Sequence record: ON922919
Length of the DNA: 64,000 nt
Strand: one strand, 5' to 3'
Source: Escherichia phage vB_EcoM_PD205
The translations under genes were made by a program, and so were the position numbers. The notes beneath the pieces are model-generated. The model saw nothing but the letters and a program-made list of their open reading frames with translations. It was not told the DNA's origin and did no database searches. Of the stretch, positions 26,966 to 38,100 are shown in pieces; positions within the stretch are counted from its first letter, which is position 1, and each line of letters begins with the position of its first letter.

Positions 26966-29620
26966 ATGGGCTTATTCAGTGGGAAGACCAAAGTATACGT
27001 AGCATCCTCTGTCTATAACATGGCAGGGGATATACACAAACGTCCTAACTATATGAAGACTGTAGTCATTGGTAACATTGTTTCCAATACAGGATTCACT
27101 ATGGCAGACACTATCTCAGATAGTTATATGAATGGACCTGGTATTCGTATGCGACTGTTCTCCAGCTGGAGTAAGAACCACTATGATTCAGTAGTTGGTA
27201 TGGCTGGTTCTTCATTAGGTGTACTGGCTAAGATTGACCCTACTGTTATAGAGGGTCAAATTACACCCCCTGCTGGAGAATCTGTTTATGTTCAGGCAGC
27301 AGAGATTGGTTTTGCTGACTTTGAACAGTGGTGTGACCAGTATCTTTATGAGAATGCTCCAAGTCGAATCATGGAACGATTCGACATAGACATTGATGAA
27401 GATACCAATGAAATTACTATGACCTCCTTGGATGGAGGTTCTACTATTAAATTCACACCTACTAACTTTGAACCAGGTGCTTTGTATCTCTATGCTGATT
27501 ACTCTTTCTATAAATCCCCATCTACCAATCCACCAGTAGTAGGACCAACTACTGTCTATGATAATGAGGATGACTTACCATCCACTTTGTTATGGACTAC
27601 CGTCTCAAGTGATACGACGGCTAACACAACCAATCTTACCAAGACGATACATACTCATTCTGTTTACTCTGATGGTAGACCGGATGAAGATAGTACTGTC
27701 ACGGAACCAAGTGTGGATAACTGGAACTCTTACGTTAAGGTTTATCGTAGAGGGTTCACAGAGAAACCTAATGATGTAACTGTGGTTGTATCTGACAGGG
27801 TAATGACTCATAAAAAGTTTGGTGAGGTTCAATCCAGTACTACTGTAACTACCAATGTAGTTGATATAGGTGGGGGTGTTACTCGTACTGACACAATCAC
27901 TACAACCACAGAGATACTGGTTCGTAAGTATTCATCCCAGACCACCCGTACTGATACTGAGATGACTGCTGTTGGTACACCCAAGATGCTTATCTATAAG
28001 CAGAACTCTGGTAACGTTGTACTGGATTCACTGTTTGAAACTGAGGCTACTGATAACCGATTCTATCCATTCATCCCAATCAGGAATGATAAACAATGGG
28101 TAGAGAATGACCCAATCTACCCTCACTGTAAGAAGGCTCTTTATAAAGCTACTGGTGGGAAAATTGATAAGGTAGTGACAGAGCTTAAGAAGAATGATGA
28201 CATAGGTGATATTCAGTACATTTATGGCACATTCGGTGTATCTCTTAACACTCCTGAAGATACTGCTAAGGAATACATCTACCGTTTCTTTCAGATGGCT
28301 ACTGAAGCATTTCCACCTGACCCAACCTACCCGACTTTGGAAGCAGTTATTGCAGGTTATCAGGCAGCTAATGATGCAGTTGATGCATATGTAGAATGGT
28401 GGAACAGGCAAGAAGGACAGATTGTTGGAACACCTCCCCCACTGCCGGAATACCCTGTAATACCTAAGCGAGAGTTTAGGGTGCATAGTAATAAGCAGTA
28501 CAAGTACGACATGACTATTGGATGGAACTATGTATTTGAAACTACCCACTCAGGGCAAGCATGGTCTGGTGCTAAGCAAGGGCAACTCCGAGCCAGATAT
28601 GCAGGAGATATAACCCTTACTCGTAAGAATATAAGGACAGCCTCTAATTCCGGTTCTGCTAAGAAACTTGAGGTAACGTACACATTCTATTCAATGCAGG
28701 AGTATGAGTTACTTTGGCAGGATGGTAATGACACTTACCGTAAACTCAGAGTACTGGGCCTAAACCACAATAACAGGGTATATAAGAATAAGTCAGTACA
28801 CATTGATGTTGCTGAGGCAATGGGTGATGCAGAGGAGAGTGGATTCATTATCCCACTACACACCAACATCTACCGTTCAATGTCACTGGTTCGAAGTACC
28901 CAATTGTCTACTGCTTGTTCCTACTTAGTGATGAACTCATATAAGAAGGTTAAGCAGAAGTGGTATCAAACATCTGCCTTTAAGATTGTGGTGGTTGTAG
29001 TTGCAGTCGTTGTATCCGTATTCACTATGGGTACTGGTGGTGCAGGTATACTTGGAGCATATGGTGCAGTTGGTGCATCCTTGGGCTTTGTTGGATTAGC
29101 TGCCGTGATAGTTGGTGCTGTAGCAAATGCCATTGCTGGAATGATTCTGGTATCTATTATCACTAAAGTATCTGCCGCACTGTTCGGGGACAAGCTGGGC
29201 TTTATCATTGCTGCTATTGCTTCAATGGTAGCTATGAATGTTGGTACTGCTATGTCTACAGGTACATCCCTGTCTACTCTAGCTGGTGAAATGATGAATG
29301 CTCAAAACATCATGCAGCTTACCAGTTCGGTTGGTAATGGTATTAGTCAGTATATTAATGCATCCACGGCTGCTACTATTCAGAAAGCAGAGAGCGTAAT
29401 GCAGCAGTACAATACTGATATGATGGCAATCAATAAGCAGTATGAAGAGATGTTTGGTACTGCTGGACAGGGTGTAATTGACCCAATGCAATTCGTGTCA
29501 ATGGAGTCAATGGATTCATTCCTGTCACGTACTCTTATGACTGGTTCAGATATAGCTGACTTGTCTCTAGATATGATTGGCAACTACTCTGACATGACCC
29601 TTAACACAGACCTTGTTTAA
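26966..29620 (+). CDS. large virion protein with multi-helix hydrophobic C-terminal region (candidate ejection/channel protein)
   Basis: 884 aa; C-terminal approx 150 aa contains several consecutive hydrophobic Gly/Ala-rich segments (IVVVVVAVVVSVFTMGTGGAGILGAYGAVGASLGFVGLAAVIVGAVANAIAGMILVSII...). Confidence 0.45.
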   Translation: MGLFSGKTKVYVASSVYNMAGDIHKRPNYMKTVVIGNIVSNTGFTMADTISDSYMNGPGIRMRLFSSWSKNHYDSVVGMAGSSLGVLAKIDPTVIEGQITPPAGESVYVQAAEIGFADFEQWCDQYLYENAPSRIMERFDIDIDEDTNEITMTSLDGGSTIKFTPTNFEPGALYLYADYSFYKSPSTNPPVVGPTTVYDNEDDLPSTLLWTTVSSDTTANTTNLTKTIHTHSVYSDGRPDEDSTVTEPSVDNWNSYVKVYRRGFTEKPNDVTVVVSDRVMTHKKFGEVQSSTTVTTNVVDIGGGVTRTDTITTTTEILVRKYSSQTTRTDTEMTAVGTPKMLIYKQNSGNVVLDSLFETEATDNRFYPFIPIRNDKQWVENDPIYPHCKKALYKATGGKIDKVVTELKKNDDIGDIQYIYGTFGVSLNTPEDTAKEYIYRFFQMATEAFPPDPTYPTLEAVIAGYQAANDAVDAYVEWWNRQEGQIVGTPPPLPEYPVIPKREFRVHSNKQYKYDMTIGWNYVFETTHSGQAWSGAKQGQLRARYAGDITLTRKNIRTASNSGSAKKLEVTYTFYSMQEYELLWQDGNDTYRKLRVLGLNHNNRVYKNKSVHIDVAEAMGDAEESGFIIPLHTNIYRSMSLVRSTQLSTACSYLVMNSYKKVKQKWYQTSAFKIVVVVVAVVVSVFTMGTGGAGILGAYGAVGASLGFVGLAAVIVGAVANAIAGMILVSIITKVSAALFGDKLGFIIAAIASMVAMNVGTAMSTGTSLSTLAGEMMNAQNIMQLTSSVGNGISQYINASTAATIQKAESVMQQYNTDMMAINKQYEEMFGTAGQGVIDPMQFVSMESMDSFLSRTLMTGSDIADLSLDMIGNYSDMTLNTDLV

Positions 29621-29633
29621 CAGGAGAATCCCT

Positions 29634-30077
29634 ATGGATTTGTCATTCTTAACAGGCAACCAAACCCCACAGCCAGCTGCTATGTCTTGGATGTCTAATA
29701 ACAATCAGAACTTTAATACCCCGGCTATGAACTATAATCCTGGTGCAGCTATTGGTATGGGTACTAATTTGGGAGCATCTACCCCTACTTCTTTCATGTC
29801 TGGTTCAGCTAATCAGTTGGGCATGAATGTACCCACCTTCCAGTTAGGACTAGGTGCACTTGGTTCATTAGCTAATATCTATAGTGGTTTCCAGGCTAAT
29901 AAGTTAGCTAAAGACCAGTTGAACTTTGCTAAGAGTGTTACTAACACTAACCTGAATAACCAGATTAAGTCTTATAACACTGCACTAGAAGACCGTGCTC
30001 GCAGTCGTGCTGTTGCAGAAAACCGTGACCAGTCTTCAGCTGATGCTTACATTGCAGCTAATAAATTAACCCGTTAA
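29634..30077 (+). CDS. hypothetical virion protein
   Basis: ORF track start 29613 is TTG; ATG 29634 with AGGAGAA RBS chosen. Confidence 0.4.
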   Translation: MDLSFLTGNQTPQPAAMSWMSNNNQNFNTPAMNYNPGAAIGMGTNLGASTPTSFMSGSANQLGMNVPTFQLGLGALGSLANIYSGFQANKLAKDQLNFAKSVTNTNLNNQIKSYNTALEDRARSRAVAENRDQSSADAYIAANKLTR

Positions 30078-30089
30078 TAGGAAACCATC

Positions 30090-32045
30090 ATGAGTCAGAT
30101 AACATGGCGAAATGTTGATGCACCTAACTTCTCTGGAGTTGGTGACAGCATTCGCACATTTGGAAGCATGATTGGTAACGCCACCTCCGGCTTAAGTGAC
30201 GCACTGGGTAACTTCCAGAACGCTGCCAAGCAGGAGGCTGGCAATGCCGTCATGATGAATGCTATGCAATATCAAGACCCTACTGAGTATCGTAATGCTC
30301 TGGCATCCGGTGCATTGTTCCAGGGGGTTGACCCTTCACTCGTAAACCAACATACCCTGCAGAATCTGGATGAGCGAGCAGGTACTCTGTTGACCCAACA
30401 AGGTCAGCAGGGAATTAATGACTACAATGCTTATCGTTTTGGTCGTTTACAGAATACTGACTCTGCATTAGATAATGCTTCCCCAGCTATTCGTTTACTG
30501 TCTGAGGCTTATCAGTCTGGTGACCAGAACCGTATTAATGCTGCATTGAGTCAGACTCGTGAGGCACTGTCTGCACTCCCTGCTGACCAACAACTGGATA
30601 TGCTGAGTCGTCTACAAGGTCAGGGTGGTCAGGCTATTAACCAAGCCCAAAACCGTTTTGACTTGGGTGTTGCTCAACGTAATGATGCTGATAGTCAGGC
30701 AGCTATGGGTGTAATGTCACAGATTACCCGTGGTGCTGAGAACCCCAACGATGCCCGTCTGTTGGCAGAAGCATATAGTAAGAATCTGTCTCCGGTTGCA
30801 CAGGCACGTTTACAGGAAATGCTTGCACGAGCATACCCGGGTGTTTACGGTAACAATGTTGGTGCTACGTCTGCTCCAGGTACTGCCGGTACTCGTCAGG
30901 GTTCCCCTTATGATGTTACTTATCAGTTTGCTGGTACATCTACCCCTATTACTCAAATGAGTATTGGTGATGTAATTAAACACCAGGATAGTATGAAGAC
31001 GAACCAGGGTGCTTCACCTGTTGGTGCATTCCAGATTAACCAAGCTACTCTGAAAGACTTCGCTCCTAAAGTTCTTGGTTCAGATTGGCAAAGCCAGCCT
31101 CTTTCTCCCGAGAACCAGGATAAGATTGGTAAGGCTATCTTCGAGGCTCGCAAGAATGGTAACCTTAAAGATACCTGGGCTGCTTTACCTAACTCTACCC
31201 CAGGTGCTTATAAGGATATGACTTGGGAACAGATTAAGCCTGTTATTGCTCAAGCTGAGGTAGGGGCTGACCCACTAGCTATGGTTCAGAATAATCAAGG
31301 TAATCAGGCAGTATCTACTCTGGCTACCGGTATGATTGGTACTCGTTCTATGGAGGACAATGCTGGAAGTATTGCTCCTGATTATTTACCTGCCTTAAAT
31401 GACACCTCTACTGTTGGGGAAGTTGCTAATAGATTACTGGAGGGTGATTTTAAGGGGGCAGATAAAAAATGGGTTGTGGCTCGTATTAGTAATATCGCTC
31501 AACGTGCTAATGTATCCCCTGCTATGGCAGGTGTTGTTGTTCAACGTGCAATGACTAATGCACCAGAAAGTAATACAGGTCGTCTTATTGATTATCTAAC
31601 CATAGGAAAAACCCCAGAAGCCGGTAATGGCTTGCGCCTTAATGATGCTGCTGTAGACCAAATGGTTGAGGGGTTAAAACGTGGTGAACCCCTTGAAGCA
31701 AGTGTTCGTAACCTTGGACGTGCTCAGGCTATGCAGAACATTCAGGCAGCACAGACTGCATATGATGCTGCTGTAGCTGCACTGACAAATACCCAGAATA
31801 AGATTGCTACTGGGCAGACAGCACTCACTGCGTTACTTCCGTCACGACAGGAACAAGTGCGTAGAGCTGCTGAAATGCTTAAAAATGCACAAGGCCAAGT
31901 TCAGGCTGACCCACAAAACCTGGCTCCACGTAACTTTCGATCACAGGCTTCCGTAGATCGAGAGGCTGAGAAAGAAAACCAGGAGCGTGCTATACGGTAT
32001 CTACGCCAAGCCCAGGGCATACCTGGGTATGTGAAAATGCCTTAA
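30090..32045 (+). CDS. hypothetical internal virion protein
   Basis: 651 aa; AGGAAA RBS; immediately upstream of vRNAP. Confidence 0.4.
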   Translation: MSQITWRNVDAPNFSGVGDSIRTFGSMIGNATSGLSDALGNFQNAAKQEAGNAVMMNAMQYQDPTEYRNALASGALFQGVDPSLVNQHTLQNLDERAGTLLTQQGQQGINDYNAYRFGRLQNTDSALDNASPAIRLLSEAYQSGDQNRINAALSQTREALSALPADQQLDMLSRLQGQGGQAINQAQNRFDLGVAQRNDADSQAAMGVMSQITRGAENPNDARLLAEAYSKNLSPVAQARLQEMLARAYPGVYGNNVGATSAPGTAGTRQGSPYDVTYQFAGTSTPITQMSIGDVIKHQDSMKTNQGASPVGAFQINQATLKDFAPKVLGSDWQSQPLSPENQDKIGKAIFEARKNGNLKDTWAALPNSTPGAYKDMTWEQIKPVIAQAEVGADPLAMVQNNQGNQAVSTLATGMIGTRSMEDNAGSIAPDYLPALNDTSTVGEVANRLLEGDFKGADKKWVVARISNIAQRANVSPAMAGVVVQRAMTNAPESNTGRLIDYLTIGKTPEAGNGLRLNDAAVDQMVEGLKRGEPLEASVRNLGRAQAMQNIQAAQTAYDAAVAALTNTQNKIATGQTALTALLPSRQEQVRRAAEMLKNAQGQVQADPQNLAPRNFRSQASVDREAEKENQERAIRYLRQAQGIPGYVKMP

Positions 32046-32063
32046 AATACTTCATACTAATAA

Positions 32064-32088
32064 AAGCCCTACGGGGCTTTTTTCTTTA
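32064..32088 (+). terminator. rho-independent terminator (AGCCC-UACG-GGGCU + UUUUUUCUUU)
   Basis: Hairpin 32065..32078 followed by T-tract. Confidence 0.65.
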
Positions 32089-32148
32089 ACTGGCTTACTG
32101 TAGAGTAAGTTACCTATATACGATATAAGTTTGAATAGGAAACATGCT

Positions 32149-35100
32149 ATGTCAACATTTGACCGTCTGGCAGGTTTCGCAGACAGCATCACTAATGCTA
32201 AGCAAGTCGATGTCTCTACTGCAACCTCCCGGAAGCAAGCTGCACAGGGGCAAAGCCCTTTCCAATTAACCCCAGATAATGCTTACAATCTCCAGACTGG
32301 ACGAGTAGGTAATCTTGGAATCGGTGCATACGAACCAGGTTCACTTCAGGCAGATTTCACTCAAGCCTCCCCCTTAGAAATCATTAATAAGTATGGTAAT
32401 GAGCAAGGTCTACAGATTCTTAATAGTCGAGCTAATGCTGCTGATGCTGTACGTCAGGACTTATCTAAACAACGTACTAACGCAGAAGCATTTGGCGATA
32501 TTCTTTCTGGTGTTGGTCTTGGTGTTGCTAATACCCTTGGGGGCATTGCTGCTCTTGGCACAGGCTTGGTCAATGATAATGCCGGGGCATCCATTGCTTC
32601 CGGGCTTGACTGGTTGAATAAAGGTGTACACAACCTACAGTCTGATGCATTGAATGCTCGTCGTAATGTAGTACAGAACCAGAACGTAATATCTGCACAG
32701 GAGAATGATAAACTCTATAAGCAGGATATTGCTAAAGGAGAAAGTGAACTCGTTGCTTCCCTGTCTCGAATTGGTCGTGATGCTTATGATTCTGTCACTA
32801 ATACACTTGATAATGGCATGGCTGCTACAGATGGCCTGGCTGAGGGCGTTGGTTCTCTGTTTACTGGTGGTCCACTAATTCGTGGTGTATCTGCACTCGG
32901 TAAGGTAATGGTAGGTGGTGATAAAGCTGTTAAGGGCATTACCTTAGCTGCTGAGTTAGGTTCACGTCCTGCACGGATTGCACAGTCTGCTGGGCGTATT
33001 GCTGCGCCTGCTATAGCAATTGGTGGTATGGAAGCTGGTGGTGCATACCAACAAACTGCCAATGAAATTATGGAAATGCCATTCAGTGAACTGGCTGCTA
33101 AATCTCCTGTATACCAACAGCATATTAAAGACGGTCTGTCTCCTGAAGAAGCACGACGTCAGACTGCATCTGAAACAGGTATCACTGCTGCTGGCTTAAC
33201 TGCTCCAGTTGCTGCTCTTACTGCTCCACTGGTATCCAAGTTTGAACTTAACCCACTCAAGGTAGGTTCACTGGCTGGTGCTGGTTCTAACATGCTGCGT
33301 GAGACTGTAGAAGAAGGTATCCAGTCTGGTACTAGCCAGCTTGCACAGAACAAGGCAATTCAGGGTAATGTAGATGCTAAGCGTGATTTGCTTAAAGGCG
33401 TGGGTGAACAAACCGGTCTTGGTGCATTGTATGGCTTCGGTTCTGCTGGAGTTGCTCAAGCTCCTGGTACAACTGTTAAGGCTGCTGGTGCTGCCGTTGG
33501 TCCTGCTGTACGTACTACCCTGGCTGGTGCTTCTCTGGCTGGTAAGGCACTAGCAAAAGTAGCTTCCCCTATTACTACCATCCTGGTTCAACGTGGTGAA
33601 GAAGTTGCTAAGCGTAATGAACAAGCATCCCCTGTATCAGACGCTACAGTTAACGCTGCTGCACAGGAAGCCACTGCTCAGGCAGAACAAGCACAAGCAA
33701 CTGTTCAGGAAGCAGTAGATGCAATGGATATTTCTCCTGAAGAGAAAACTGCTGCTACTCAGTATGCTGCTGATTTAACTCAGGCAATGAAGTTTGACCC
33801 TGTAGAACTGGAGCAAGCTAGTCCGACAATCCGTGAAGCTGTTTCTGGTTCTACTAACCGTGTTGAAGCTATTCAGAAGATGGCTGACCTGGTTAATACT
33901 GCTGAAGACCCTAACGTTCAAATGGAAGCTGCAATCCAGATGTATGACAACATCATGTCTATGGATAGCTTCATTAACCGTGACCCAGGTGCATTAGCTA
34001 ATCTAGAACAAGGTTCTCCTGCTGCTGCAATCGTAGACCAGTTCTCCGGACTGATGGCTAACGTTCAGAATACACCGAAGGTACTCCGTGCATTCCGTGC
34101 TATCCATTCCATGATTCAGGAACAGGCAGAAGCAGGTAAACTGAAAGCCACTGAAGAAGCTAATCAAGCCCAGGCAAACAACATTGCTATGGCTGCTGAT
34201 ATGTCTCCAGAAGTACTGGATGCAGATTCAGTTAACATGGTTCTGAAACACGCAAGTGAAGGTAAGATTACACTTGGGAATCGTCAGCGTGCTGCCCTGC
34301 AATCTGCTGCTGCTTTATTGCAAGGAGCACGAGAATTTGACGCTAAAGCAGAAGAACTAGGCTTACGTCCTCAAGACATTGTTAGTAAACAGATTAAAAC
34401 CGACGAATCTCGTTCTAATGAAGGTCAGTACTCTGCGTTGCAACACGCTAAACGCATTCGTTCTGCGTACAACTCTGGTAACTTCGATTTGGCTTCCGCT
34501 TATCTCGACGACTTTATGAAGTTCGCCCAGCACATGCAGAATAAGGTCGGAGCGTTGAATGAGCATCTGATTTCTGGGAATGCGGATAAGAATAAGTCTG
34601 TCCATTATCAGGCTCTTACTCCCTCGCGTGAATGGGTACGTAGTCGTACTGGCCTCGGTGTCAATCCGTATGATACCAAGTCTGTTAAGTTTGCCCAGCA
34701 AGTAGGACTGGAAGCCAAGACCGTAGCTGATATTGCTAACGCACTTGCTACGGCTTACCCGGAGCTTAATGTTTCTCATGTGAAGGTTACCCCATTGGAT
34801 TCACGTCTGGACAAGCCTGCTGCCCAGGTAGTTAAAGAGTTCCGTCAGGGCAATCTTGATGCTGCTCAATCCCAACAGACCAATGAACCAGTGAATCAGG
34901 TTGATGAAACTCCTGTTACGAAACAGGAACCAGTTACCCCTACTGTACAGACTAAACCCTCTGTTAGTGAAGCTGTTAAAACAGAACCTACTAATAAAGA
35001 GTCTAATCCACAGACTGCAAAAGAACCTGAGAACCAGTCTGAAAAACAGGATACCATCAAGCAGTCTACTGAATCTGAAAGGGATGCTTATGTAAAAGAG

Positions 35101-38100
35101 AATACTATTTCCCAGGATACTCTTAATAAGTACGGTGACCGTAGGGAGAGTCCGTGGCTCTTTGCAGATGGTACTGTTGTTGGTTCTAATGGTGACCATA
35201 TCAGCCTGTCTGATGTATTTGGTCATGATGGTTATCGTGATATGTCATTAGATACTGGTGCTATTCGCTCCACTTTCTACAAAGGAAGTGAGCAACCATT
35301 TGTATCATTACAACTGTTTGATAATCAAAAGCTGACTCCTGAACAATTTAATACTGTTCAATCATTCGTAGAAGCAAACAATGCACTGATTCAGGTTGGT
35401 GTAGATACGTCTGGGCGTAATACCAATAACGTTAAGAAGGAAGAAGTATCACTGGCTCAACTGAAAGCAGACTATACCGTTGGTGGTAAACCTCTATCGG
35501 AAATGGAAACAGTGTTCCCTGTCTATAACAATGACAAGACACCGAACCAGTTCCTGAAAGCATTTACCCTTCCGGAAGAACCTAAGTCTCGTACCATTGG
35601 TTCTGAATCTCCTTTGACCGATGTTAAGAAAGCACTATCCTCTGTTGCTCGCTTTGAGGCATTCACTCAAAAAGAAAATAACGCTCTCACAAGTGATGTG
35701 ATTAAGCGTTACCAGGACTTGTTTGATTTTGGTGAAACTCTGAAGACTACCTTGTCTGACCGTCTTGCTAAGTTCCTTGCTAATAAGAATGTTGGTAAAC
35801 GCTTTGCAGAAGGTACTGAGGCTAATCGTTGGGTAGGTGGCAAACTGCTTAACATCGTAGAGAAAGATGGAGACACCTTTAAGTTCAATGACCAGTTGTT
35901 AGAGACTGCTGTACTTGCTGGTCTGCAATGGCGACTGACTGCTACACAGAATGCTGCCATTAAAGACATGAAAGACGTAGCTGCTATTACTGGTGTAGAA
36001 GCATCCCTGTTACCTGAAGGTATTCTGGCTGACTTCGAGAATGCTCAGACTCTGGTGGAAGCCACTAACTCTCTGGCTCAAAAGATTGAATCTTATTGGG
36101 GTTTGAATCGTAATCCTAATGCACCCCTGGGTTATACCAAGGGTATCCCAATGGCAATGGCTACAGAGATTCTGTCTTCTCTCATTGAGATGGGTGAAGT
36201 TAAAGAGTCTATGCTGGATGTGTCTGAGATTGACCCAGAATCCAATAAGACTGTTGGTCTGTATACCATTGAGAAGCTGGATGATAACGATGCCATTAAC
36301 AAATTCCCTACTGCTATTGAGGAAGCTGTCCTCGTAGAACCAGTAGAGAAACTGTACCTGGGTGATGATATTCCTTCCGTGGCTCAAACTCAGTTACGTA
36401 ACCCGGCTGTCAAGAATACCCCGGAACAGAAAGCTGCTCTTAAAGCAGAACAGGCTACTGAGTTCCGTGTACATATGCCGATGGTTAACTTCTACGAAGC
36501 ATTGGGTCGTGACAACATTCTGGAACTAATGGGTGCTGGTGCTCTTACCCCAGAATTGCTGAATGTGAATACTGCTAAATCTCTGGAAGGTAAAAACCTA
36601 TCCGTGTCTATGGCATATGATTCCTTGTTTGGTGTAATCAATCAGATTAAGGAACAAGAGAATGGACTGGATACACCTATCCACTATGGCTACAACATGA
36701 CCCGTGTAGGTCGTATGCAGATGCTTGGTAAGAACAACCCACAATCCAGCAAGCTGGTACGTGAAGCAATCCTACCAACTTTCTCTACCATCGACTTGAG
36801 TAATGAAAACAGCCAAACGTTCTCTGACTTCCAGCTTGGACTGGCTCAGGCATTGGGTATCAAAGTTCATAAAATGTCCCGTGAAGTTATGTCGGATGAG
36901 CTGACTAAAGCTCTGGAAGGTAAATTGAAACCTGCCGTTGATATGATGGTTGAGTTTGATAAGTCTGGGCACTTACCTACTGATGCTGTGGATATTCTGA
37001 AGACCTCTTTGGGTAATGATAAATCATTTGTAGCTCTCATGGCTCTGATGGAGTATGCCCGTTACTTGAACAGTGATGACCGAGCCAACTTTAATACTCC
37101 ACTGTACGTTGAAGCTGATGGTGTAACCAACGGGCCAATCAACGCAATGGTATTAATGACTGGTGGTAAGTTCACTTCAGACTGGATTAAGAATACTGCT
37201 AAGGGTGGTTTGTTCTTCGGTAAAGCAGGTAAGACCATGAACGAGCATCATTCGCATGAGGACAGTGTTGACCTGTATGAAGCATCCACTAATAGTCTAC
37301 AACAGGCACTGAATGAATTACGTAGTACTTATCGTAACAACGTTCCTGTTACGAACCAGATGAAGCATCTTCAGAAGTTAATGGACCTGTTCATTAAAGA
37401 CTTCAATCTTAATGAAGATGGTACTCTGGACCTGAAACGTGGTATCGCTAAAAACCCACTGACTATTACCATCTATGGCTCAGGTGCTCGTGGTATTGCA
37501 GGCAAGATGGTTAGTGCAATTACTGACACCATCTACGAACGCTTCAGTGACGTTCTACAAGCCCGTGCTGCTGACCCTAGCATTTCCCCAGCTATGGCTA
37601 TGTTTGGTAAGGAGGCTGCGTCTGAGGCCGATGCTCAGGCTATGCTGGATACTTTCCTTACTTCTATGGAAGCACTGACTGGTAATGTTCCAGTTATGCG
37701 TAAAGGTGAACTGTCTATTCAACAAGCAGAGGGTGCTCTGTCTGGTAAGTTAGACCCCCAGAAGTTTACCGTATCTGGCAATGCTCTGAAGAACCTGCAA
37801 GAGAATATGCTTCACCTGTTCGTTGAACCAATGCGTACTGGTATCCGAAATACCGTTGGCGAAGGTCTGATGCACTCTACTGAGAACTTGCAGAAGGCTA
37901 CTCAGATTCAATCTCTGGTATTGCAGGATATGTTCCAACAAGCAGTACAGGCTAAGCTGACAGAAAAAGAAAAAGACCCAACATGGAAGAAAGGTGATTT
38001 CTTAACACAGAAAGAACTAAATGAAATCCAGGCTTCATTATCTCCACTGGCTCCAATGATTGAGACTGGTTCTCAGACTTTCTACATTGCTGGTAGTGAG

